A DNA stretch of 62,869 nucleotides, filler included, from an uncultured Ignavibacteriales bacterium (lineage in GTDB: Bacteria; Zixibacteria; MSB-5A5; GN15; JAAZOE01): the NCBI GenBank assembly GCA_964611355.1. It is 6 parts of 6 records of this genome, joined end to end, with 100 filler letters (N's around TTAATTAATTAA, not from the genome) between each part and the next. Parts side by side here need not be neighbours in the genome. Positions count along the whole stretch, not along the records: positions 34,015 to 44,038 come from CAZSYD010000071.1; positions 44,139 to 53,832 come from CAZSYD010000072.1; 4 more parts are not named here. One strand, 5' to 3'. Below, in pieces: positions 39,245 to 47,064 of the stretch; position 1 is the stretch's first letter; every line of letters starts with the position of its first letter. The position numbers and the translations under genes were made by a program. The notes under the pieces were generated by a model. It saw only the letters and a list, made by a program, of their open reading frames with translations. It searched no databases and was not told the DNA's origin.

Positions 39245-41164
39245 ATGAAGATTATATGCATTTCGGCTGCAGTATTAATATTCGCCGCTTCTCCGGCGAT
39301 GTCCCAGAATTCCCCGTCGGCGATAACCGATTCAATCAACTTCGACAGTCTGCTGAATTGCGGGCTCGACGAGCTTTTGTCTTATCTGTTTTTAACTCGC
39401 AATGATTTTGTTTTTCGGGACGATTACACGGAGAAAGATATATTCAGGCTTGATATAATAGACAGCCTGATGAAAGACCCTTTGAATCTGGTCGATTTTG
39501 CCGACAGCTGTGCGCTGATCTTTGAAAGCTTTGAAGATTATCCCGACTGTCTGCCCGCATTTTTCGAAGAACTCAGAGGGAAAAACAGCGTTCAAAATCA
39601 CAAACAAGGTCTCCAGACTAAAGATTCGCCGTTTCGTTTCAGGAAACTCAGGGAGCCGCTGAGATCGGTAGTTCAGAACATGGCCGACGAACTTGACGGT
39701 TGTCAAACCATGATTGAGAATATAACAGGGGGCCCTCAGACAAAGCGGTATCGGTTTATTACCACAAAGTACAGAGAAATTATACTTGAGGACGAAAACT
39801 ACAAGCGGCAGACGCCCGAGGAGATGGATTCGATCCAGCATTTAGAGGAAGAGTATACGCTCGAATTTGCAAAAATGGCCGAAAAATTGCCTGATATTCC
39901 TTTTCAGAAAATTTCCGGGTTGTTTCAGATGATTGATTCGGCGTATTCGGTTCTGGGAAAAGACAAAAAACTACGAAAGCGCAGCAGGCCCGGCAAGCCA
40001 CTTTATAAAATTAAAACCGCTTACGGTCCGGTTGTCATAGGTAGTTACGGCGACGATATCTACCGGGGCGACTATTTCATGATACTGGACCCGGGCGGCG
40101 ATGACAGCTATTACCTGACTTATGATATGGAAAATCCCCATCCTGTCGTGATTGCCGATTATTCCGGCAGCGATTTCTATAAGGCAGAATCTGAGTTTTC
40201 TCTCGCCTCGGGCGCCTTCTCGAATTCGTTGCTGATAGATTACGAAGGCGATGATATCTATCGCGGGGGCAACTTTTCTCTTGGCTCGGGGTATTTTGGA
40301 ACCGGCCTGCTCTGGGATAAGAAGGGGAACGATAGTTACTTCGGCGATACTTTTACTCAGGGAGCGGGGACGTTTGGTCTTGGTTTGCTGATTGATTCAG
40401 AGGGGTCGGATACATATACCGGAAATCTTTTTTGCCAGGGGTTTGGGTTTGTCCGGGGTTTCGGTGGCATTGTCGATTATCTCGGCAACGATACCTACAC
40501 CGTTCAGGGGAAATACCCGGAAAGCTTTCATACCGGCAGTCATTTTCAATCACTGTCGCAGGGATTTGCTATTGGCGTCAGGCCGTACCTGTCCGGCGGT
40601 ATCGGATTCATCTTCGATTACGCCGGTAATGACGCGTACGTGTCTGATTTTTTCAGTCAGGGATCGGCCTACTGGTGGGCGCTGGGAATGATCTATGATC
40701 GTTCCGGGGACGATCAATACCTGTCTTACCAGTACTCGCAGGGAAGTGCGGCTCATATGGCTCTTGGCTTTCTGCATGACGGAGCCGGCGATGATATTTA
40801 TCGTTCGCACGGCGTCTGCCAGGGTTGCGGTCATGACTATTCATGCGGCTGGCTGATCGACATCTCGGGCGACGATATTTATTCGGCCCATGATCTGGCC
40901 CAGGGAGCGGGCCAGGCCAACGGTTTTGGAATCTTCTCTGATCTTGCCGGGGACGATGGGTATTATGTTTTTCGCAAAGACAACACCCAGGGATACGGCA
41001 ACCCGCGGCGGGATTACGGTTCGATCGGGCTGTTTCTTGATCTCGACGGCCGTGATCGTTATGACGGCAACGGCGCCGACAACTGTTTCTGGCGGACGCC
41101 TTCTAAATGGGGCGGCGGGCTTGATCGCAATATAAAATCACCCGACAGCACGGAGGCGAAATGA
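39245..41164 (+). CDS. Secreted protein with tandem DxxGxDxY/Gly-rich repeats
   Basis: Signal peptide MKIICISAAVLIFAASPAMS; about 12 repeats of D-x-x-G-x-D-x-Y, most followed by (Q)GxG. Confidence 0.8.
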   Translation: MKIICISAAVLIFAASPAMSQNSPSAITDSINFDSLLNCGLDELLSYLFLTRNDFVFRDDYTEKDIFRLDIIDSLMKDPLNLVDFADSCALIFESFEDYPDCLPAFFEELRGKNSVQNHKQGLQTKDSPFRFRKLREPLRSVVQNMADELDGCQTMIENITGGPQTKRYRFITTKYREIILEDENYKRQTPEEMDSIQHLEEEYTLEFAKMAEKLPDIPFQKISGLFQMIDSAYSVLGKDKKLRKRSRPGKPLYKIKTAYGPVVIGSYGDDIYRGDYFMILDPGGDDSYYLTYDMENPHPVVIADYSGSDFYKAESEFSLASGAFSNSLLIDYEGDDIYRGGNFSLGSGYFGTGLLWDKKGNDSYFGDTFTQGAGTFGLGLLIDSEGSDTYTGNLFCQGFGFVRGFGGIVDYLGNDTYTVQGKYPESFHTGSHFQSLSQGFAIGVRPYLSGGIGFIFDYAGNDAYVSDFFSQGSAYWWALGMIYDRSGDDQYLSYQYSQGSAAHMALGFLHDGAGDDIYRSHGVCQGCGHDYSCGWLIDISGDDIYSAHDLAQGAGQANGFGIFSDLAGDDGYYVFRKDNTQGYGNPRRDYGSIGLFLDLDGRDRYDGNGADNCFWRTPSKWGGGLDRNIKSPDSTEAK

Positions 41165-42117
41165 TACGCCCGGGCAGATACGGGTACGCTGTTTGGGCTA
41201 TAATCCTGATAGCGATGCTTAATACCGCCTCTTTCGCTGAAGATACCCTGCAGGCGAAGATCGATTCCATGTTTGTCATTGCCTCGTCGGGGGATTTTAA
41301 GTACCGGGAGCTGGTCGAACCGACTATTGATGATATAGCAGCCCTGGGCGTCGAAGCGGTTCCCTACCTGATTGACAAGTTGGGCACAAAAGATGCCCGC
41401 GAACGGGTGACACTGGAAAACATCCTCAAAAAGATCGGTCCACCGGCGATACCGTACCTGAATGACGCTCTCCTTGAGACCGATTCGCTGCAACTATCCC
41501 GGGTGGCTAAGATACTCTACTACCTTCCGGATAGTTCGTCGGTTGAAAGCCTGATGAAGGTCGCCGAAAACCGGTACTTTTGGGTGCGGTATGAATCAAT
41601 TCGAGCTCTTGGCAAAATCGCCGACCGGAAAGCTGCCCCTGCGATTAAAACCGCCCTGGGCGACAGCAATGAGCTGGTGCGGACTATGGCGGCGGTGGCA
41701 GCCGGTCGCCTGGGGGCAAAAGGTTTTCACTTTCAGTTGGTCGAAGCTCTGAGTGACAGTTATTATGGCGTCAGGATGGCGGCTTATGAAGAACTGAAAA
41801 AACTTGATTGCGATTCAAAGAGAAGATACCTGTTTCCTTTTATCCAAAATACAAAAAGTGCGATAACCCGGAAACTTCTCTTGTCGATTATGGCCGAGTC
41901 GTTCTGTGCCTGTGATATCGAGATTGTCAGGCCGTTCTTTTCCGACACTGATCCGGTAACGCGGAGCCTGGCATTGAAGGCGGCTTATAGATGTGCACCC
42001 GATTCGGTTATCGACTACCTGTCCCGGGTTTCGGGAGAATCCGAGAGCCTTATTCTCAGGCAAACCATCGAAGAGATAAAAAACACCTATGGAACGGAAA
42101 CGACTGTAAACCCTTGA
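41161..42117 (+). CDS. Exported HEAT/PBS-lyase-like repeat protein
   Basis: Signal-like N-terminus; repeats VRYESIRALGKI, VRTMAAVAAGRL, VRMAAYEEL; ATGA overlap. Confidence 0.85.
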   Translation: MIRPGRYGYAVWAIILIAMLNTASFAEDTLQAKIDSMFVIASSGDFKYRELVEPTIDDIAALGVEAVPYLIDKLGTKDARERVTLENILKKIGPPAIPYLNDALLETDSLQLSRVAKILYYLPDSSSVESLMKVAENRYFWVRYESIRALGKIADRKAAPAIKTALGDSNELVRTMAAVAAGRLGAKGFHFQLVEALSDSYYGVRMAAYEELKKLDCDSKRRYLFPFIQNTKSAITRKLLLSIMAESFCACDIEIVRPFFSDTDPVTRSLALKAAYRCAPDSVIDYLSRVSGESESLILRQTIEEIKNTYGTETTVNP

Positions 42118-42345
42118 TCGCTTTCTGAAACTTCCTGGCGATTCGGCTACCGCCGAGGACAACCTGCGGCCGCCGGCTGGAATAATAGGCGCCGAGATAA
42201 TTGAACGAAACCGTTTCCGTATCCTTAAGATTATTGACGATATCGACTTTTTCCCTTATTCCACTATTAAAGATATCAACGAACACCTGCGCTCCGATCT
42301 CTACCGGCGAAAACGGCTGGTTGGAAAGCGTTGACCGACTACCTC

Positions 42346-42372
42346 TAAATCTTTGTAAAATCCTGTCGATAT
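42346..42372 (+). promoter_or_regulatory. Putative sigma28 promoter
   Basis: TAAA-N15-GTCGATAT, 21 nt before the HDOD ATG. Confidence 0.55.
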
Positions 42373-42393
42373 TGCTACTGAGGGTATCCGCAT

Positions 42394-43716
42394 ATGTCAG
42401 AACAAAATATATTTGAACTAATAAAGGATAACAAAGAGCTTTCCTCTCTTCCCCAGGTCCTGGCCGAGGTAATCAGGGTCGCCGATGACGACGATTCAAG
42501 CGCCGGCGATATTGCCGAAGTTATCATGAAAGACCCGGCGTTGTCGGCCCGGATTCTTCGAATCGTAAACTCGCCTTTTTACGGCTCGATGCGCGAAATC
42601 AGTTCCATTAACCAGTCGGTGGTAACGCTTGGTACGCGGGCCGTTAAAGCGCTGGCGCTTTCGGCCGGCCTTTACCGGTTGTTTGACACCGACAGGGTAG
42701 TGGTGGATCGGTTGCGGTTCTGGCGCCATTCCCTGGAAGTGGCTATCGCCAGCCGGGAGATTGCCAATCTCTGTTCTTATAGACCGGCCGAAGAGGCATA
42801 TGTTACCGGATTAATGCACGATATCGGTCTCCTGATCATGGAGGTCAGCTTTGAGGAGCAGTTCCGCCGGGTATGGAGACTGGTTACTTCGGGTGAGTCG
42901 CTGGTCAGGCTTGAGGAAGCCAATTGGGGCACCAACCATGCCCGGGTGGGTAAGTTTCTTCTGGATCAGTGGAATATACCCGTATTCATCGGCGAGGCTG
43001 TCGCCAGACATCATGACGATTTCGATAAGGATGGGAAAGATCCAGAGAATCGCCTTGGCCGGATTATCGGCCTGGCCAACCGAATTTCGAAATTCCGTAC
43101 CTGCCAGATGCCGCCTTTGGATCCGGAAGAGATCGCCGGCATCGAAAGCCTGGCGGAATCGCTCGGTATCGGGCCGACGGTACTGGCGGAATTGCAGGAA
43201 AACTGCTTGAGCCTGCTGATTAAAGAATCGGAATTTCTTGACATCAAGATCGGATCGATAACCGACCTTCTTAAAGACGCTAATCATATTATTTATAAAC
43301 AATATTTACTGGTCGAGTCGGTGCTGCGTGAAAACCGGACCATGCAGGCGCAGATCGCCCGCGACCAGTTGAAAAAGGCGGCTATCGAGTCGCTCAAGAT
43401 CATTACCGCTACTCTTTCGCATTACATCAATAACGCCTCGGCGACGATTCTTGGTCGGGCGCAGTTGGTGGAGTTGGCTGTCTCCAAGGGAAACATCATC
43501 GACGAACAGAAGATCGCCGCCGATTCGATGAATATTATCGTCAAATCGGTGGAGACGATTTCCATGATTCTGGAAGAACTCAAGAAACTATCCAGCTTTG
43601 ACACGACTCACTATCACGACGAGACCGCCATTCTTGATATTGAGGATCGCTTAAAGCAGCAAATCGCCATCCTCGACGAAGAGCGCAAAAACTCCGCCGC
43701 GCCGAGACCTACCTAA
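42394..43716 (+). CDS. HDOD domain protein with a C-terminal HisKA(DHp)-like segment
   Basis: SLPQV, KDPALSARILRIVNSPFY, FWRHS, GLMHDIG, NHARVG; C-terminal LSHYINNA...ILGRAQL. Confidence 0.88.
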   Translation: MSEQNIFELIKDNKELSSLPQVLAEVIRVADDDDSSAGDIAEVIMKDPALSARILRIVNSPFYGSMREISSINQSVVTLGTRAVKALALSAGLYRLFDTDRVVVDRLRFWRHSLEVAIASREIANLCSYRPAEEAYVTGLMHDIGLLIMEVSFEEQFRRVWRLVTSGESLVRLEEANWGTNHARVGKFLLDQWNIPVFIGEAVARHHDDFDKDGKDPENRLGRIIGLANRISKFRTCQMPPLDPEEIAGIESLAESLGIGPTVLAELQENCLSLLIKESEFLDIKIGSITDLLKDANHIIYKQYLLVESVLRENRTMQAQIARDQLKKAAIESLKIITATLSHYINNASATILGRAQLVELAVSKGNIIDEQKIAADSMNIIVKSVETISMILEELKKLSSFDTTHYHDETAILDIEDRLKQQIAILDEERKNSAAPRPT

Positions 43717-43725
43717 ACTCGAAAA

Positions 43726-43765
43726 TGTCGGTTTTCTCATTCCGCTCCGCTCCATTCGGAACGCC
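43726..43765 (-). repeat. REP-like palindromic repeat, copy 3
   Basis: Reverse complement ggcgttccga-atggagcggagcggaat-gagaaaaccgaca, just after the HDOD stop. Confidence 0.65.
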
Positions 43766-43862
43766 AGCCATTTGCTGCCCGTCATTAAACCCAAAGCAAA
43801 CTGTAGCCCACCGGTCATTTAATAAATTCGGCGTAACATCAGGAGTGATTATTGGTTACGTG

Positions 43863-43887
43863 GAAATGGGTTTGTTTCGTCATATTT
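43863..43887 (-). repeat. Dispersed AAACAAACCCATTTC repeat, copy 3
   Basis: gaaatgggtttgtttcgtcatattt, 24/25 identical to copy 1. Confidence 0.75.
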
Positions 43888-44038
43888 AAAAGTATGCACT
43901 ACATATCCTGTGGTGATTACGAAAGCCAGCAGGCCTGATAATGATCTGGAAACTGTTTTTTGAGCAGCCAGAAGTTCTCCTTTGGAAAACCTGTTCATTA
44001 ACGGAGACAGATTATGAAACAGCAGGAAGAATGTATTG

Positions 44039-44138
44039 NNNNNNNNNNNNNNNNNNNNNNNNNNNNNNNNNNNNNNNNNNNNTTAATTAATTAANNNNNN
44101 NNNNNNNNNNNNNNNNNNNNNNNNNNNNNNNNNNNNNN
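44039..44138. other. Artificial contig linker
   Basis: N-run/TTAATTAATTAA/N-run. Confidence 0.98.
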
Positions 44139-44269
44139 TCGTCCGATGCCCGGTTTATCCGGAGCCCCGAACTGAGCCGTTCCGCGGTTTTCATAAGGGA
44201 ACCATACGTCCGGTTCAGATTCCGAGAAGCGTCGGCGCCGACTAAATTGTGAGTTGTTCTAATAGGCAT
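44139..44269 (-). CDS. fliC: Flagellin N-terminus (3' truncated)
   Basis: MPIRTTHN...ERLSSGLRINRASD; RBS AAGGAG. Confidence 0.85.
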
Positions 44270-44299
44270 ACGAACTCCTTTTCCTCCGGGCATTAAGTA

Positions 44300-44315
44300 T
44301 GCAAACTGTTTGCCG
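44300..44315 (-). promoter_or_regulatory. Sigma54 promoter of flagellin
   Basis: CGGCAAACAGTTTGCA = GG-N10-GC, 30 nt upstream of the ATG. Confidence 0.7.
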
Positions 44316-44484
44316 TTTTAGCCGGAAACGGCGAAATCTATTATCCGCCAATAAATTGACTATGATTTCCGGTTGACGTCAGGCCGTTTCTAAAGCGAAA
44401 AAAGCGGGTTTTTTCCCATACAATATAGAAAAATTTCCGCAAGATATTAATTTCTGAGAAGTTGCCGAACAGAACCGGCGGTTG

Positions 44485-45876
44485 TTATTTTAGAAGTATC
44501 ATCGTCCGGGTATAGCCGGTCTGACCATTGTCCAGCCGGTAAAAATAGACTCCCGCGGGCGCCTGGCAACCCTGATCATCGGCGCCGTCCCATTGGAACC
44601 GGTACTCTCCCTGAGATAAATGGGCAGAGACAATTGTTTTCAGTTCTCTGCCGAGGATATCATAAACCCGGATGGTAATAAACCCTGATCGCTTAAGGTT
44701 AACCGGTATGGTTGTGGACGGGTTAAACGGGTTGGGGAAGTTTTGTCCCAGCGCAAAAAAGCCGGGTCCTTGTGATTTTTCATCGTCCGTATCAAGAGCG
44801 GTAAAATCGACCTTTTCCCAGTAATCACCGCGGTAACCGCCTTGATACAAACCGTTGGAAGTCCCGATCCAGATAACCGAATCGGAAGTCATGGCCACGC
44901 TGTACATATCGATGTTATAAGAAATAGCGTGGTCGGTTATATTCTCGAAACTCTGACCGCCGTCATCCGAAAACCAAAGACCCGAATCGCTGGCGGCAAA
45001 AACATCCTCGCCGTGGAAAAGGAAATTCCATACCCGCCGCTTGTTCAAAACCGTTCGCCAGGTTTGGCCTTCATCAGAACTGATCGAGACTCCAAAATCT
45101 CCACCAGTCTGATAATTTTTCCATGCGGCCGCCCAAATCTCTTCGGCACCGCCAGCATCGCGAATTCTAATGCAGACCACCTTGTCTGCGGATAGAGCAC
45201 CCTCCTCCTCCGTGCGGCGAATATATTCCCATGTAACTCCCCTGTCAGTGGAATAATTAATGCCTCCTTCGGTTCCGGCCCAGATTACCGAATCGCCAAT
45301 TGCCAGAGAAAAGGCCCGATGATGCAGGCTGTCCTGCGGATTAAAACAACCGGGGTCAAAAGAGATCAACTCCCAGTTCAATCCTCCGTCGGTCGATTTG
45401 CTCAGGCCTCTCCACCAGTTGGCCGTCCAGATAATGTCGCTGTCAACGAAAACATCGTAGGTAATATTTCCGGCATCAAACGGATACGGCGGGATGAAAT
45501 ATTCCCAGCCGGTTACGTCAATATCGCTTTTGTAAATCCCGCCATTCAGGGAATATGTACCCGATTGAGTAATAGTGTCATAATAGGTCGCCGCCCAGAA
45601 GGCGGTATCGTTTACGGTCATCGCCGAAACAAGGCGCGGTTCAAAACCGTTGGAAGTATCAAAACAATGCCACGAAATACCGCCGTTATCCGAATACAGG
45701 AGTTGATTCGACCACCCGGCCCAGATCTTATTGCCGTCGGCGACAACCTCAAAAACCGCTCCAACACTATCGCTGACAAGCAAACCTGCCTGCGCCCCGG
45801 ACCAACAGACCAGAGAGACCACAAGCAAAAGCATGACGGTGCATCGGCGAAAGATATTTGCATTAACCCGCTTCAT
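44485..45876 (-). CDS. Secreted BNR/Asp-box beta-propeller with FlgD/T9SS type-A-like CTD
   Basis: SDNGGISW, STDGGLNW, STDRGVTW, SSDEGQTW, SDDGGQSF; NFPNPFNP...MILLK. Confidence 0.88.
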   Translation of the reverse strand: MKRVNANIFRRCTVMLLLVVSLVCWSGAQAGLLVSDSVGAVFEVVADGNKIWAGWSNQLLYSDNGGISWHCFDTSNGFEPRLVSAMTVNDTAFWAATYYDTITQSGTYSLNGGIYKSDIDVTGWEYFIPPYPFDAGNITYDVFVDSDIIWTANWWRGLSKSTDGGLNWELISFDPGCFNPQDSLHHRAFSLAIGDSVIWAGTEGGINYSTDRGVTWEYIRRTEEEGALSADKVVCIRIRDAGGAEEIWAAAWKNYQTGGDFGVSISSDEGQTWRTVLNKRRVWNFLFHGEDVFAASDSGLWFSDDGGQSFENITDHAISYNIDMYSVAMTSDSVIWIGTSNGLYQGGYRGDYWEKVDFTALDTDDEKSQGPGFFALGQNFPNPFNPSTTIPVNLKRSGFITIRVYDILGRELKTIVSAHLSQGEYRFQWDGADDQGCQAPAGVYFYRLDNGQTGYTRTMILLK

Positions 45877-46003
45877 AGGTTTGTTACCCGGTGTTCATCA
45901 GACGTTATTACCCTCGGAAATGTTCAAAGCAAATCTCCGGTAAACATACCGGCGCTACTTTAATATAATACGAATCGGGAAATTCGCCACCAGATATTAC
46001 GGC

Positions 46004-46035
46004 AAAAAAAAACCTGCCTGCAGGCAGGTTTTTTT
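46004..46035 (-). terminator. Intrinsic terminator after the PorV-like gene
   Basis: aaaaaaaaacctgcc-tgca-ggcaggttttttt. Confidence 0.8.
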
Positions 46036-46052
46036 GTGAAGAAATAGTATCT

Positions 46053-47048
46053 TTAGAAATTAAAGCCGACTGAGAAACGATGGACCGATTCGAGACGTTC
46101 GAAATCGGAGAAGGCATAATCGATTACGAGGACTGTCCGTTCGCCCATACCGGTTTTAACGCCAGCTCCGAAAGTAAGACCCTGTTCCTCGTAGTTAATT
46201 TTATACCCGGCCCTCAGGAAATATTTCTGCTGGTAACAGTATTCCGAACCGATCGCCGCCTGCTGTTCGTTGTCGTTGGGATGTTTGGCTTCCATGGCCA
46301 CCGTACAGCGATTATCAGGGTTGTCTATAAAATCATACGCCACTCCGAGCCGGAAGGTCAGCGGCAGATCATAGTCGTCCACCGATACCGTGCCGTTGGG
46401 CGTTGAACCGGATTGAATGTCGAGCGGGTTGATCAGGTCCGGCCCGTCGAATTTCATCGATGCTCCCATATTGGCGATATTCATTCCAATCCGCAGCGAG
46501 CGTAAGCCGGTGCGTAGCTGAGTGCCGAAATCAAAGGCGAAACCCTCGGCCGACTCATTGTAGATTTTCTCATAAATGTATTTTATGGAAGCGCCAAAAG
46601 TCAAACGGGTCGTCAGGTGACGGGCGAACCCGCCTGTCAGAGCGAAGCTGGAGGCCTGAAACATCTCACCGGTTCCGTTCGGTTCATCGACGGTGGTAAT
46701 TTCCATGTCGCCCGTATTAAGAAGGGTTGCGGACAGGCCGATAACACCGAAATCTTCAATCCGCGTGCCAAAGCCGACGTAGTTCAGCGAGATACCCGCA
46801 ATCCAGTCGACATTGGTGAATGTAATAGCGTTCCCCTCAATATAAGCCAGACCGGCCGGATTCCAGTAAAGACTGTAAGCATCATCAACCACCGCCACCG
46901 AGGCCTCCCCCAGACCCTGATAGCGGGAACCTACCGCAATCTTTAGAAATTGCGCTCCGACCGACCCGGTCTTGGTAAAATCGCCAGCGAAGACCGAGCC
47001 GCCGGCCGCCATCAGAAAGACCATAGTATATATAAGTACCTTTTTCAT
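46053..47048 (-). CDS. PorV/PorQ family outer-membrane beta-barrel
   Basis: FLKIAVGSRYQGLGEA, YWNPAGL, FAFDFG, LPLTFRLG, FLRAGY, HRFSVGFNF (C-terminal Phe). Confidence 0.85.
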   Translation of the reverse strand: MKKVLIYTMVFLMAAGGSVFAGDFTKTGSVGAQFLKIAVGSRYQGLGEASVAVVDDAYSLYWNPAGLAYIEGNAITFTNVDWIAGISLNYVGFGTRIEDFGVIGLSATLLNTGDMEITTVDEPNGTGEMFQASSFALTGGFARHLTTRLTFGASIKYIYEKIYNESAEGFAFDFGTQLRTGLRSLRIGMNIANMGASMKFDGPDLINPLDIQSGSTPNGTVSVDDYDLPLTFRLGVAYDFIDNPDNRCTVAMEAKHPNDNEQQAAIGSEYCYQQKYFLRAGYKINYEEQGLTFGAGVKTGMGERTVLVIDYAFSDFERLESVHRFSVGFNF

Positions 47049-47064
47049 TTCTCTCTCCCCGGGC

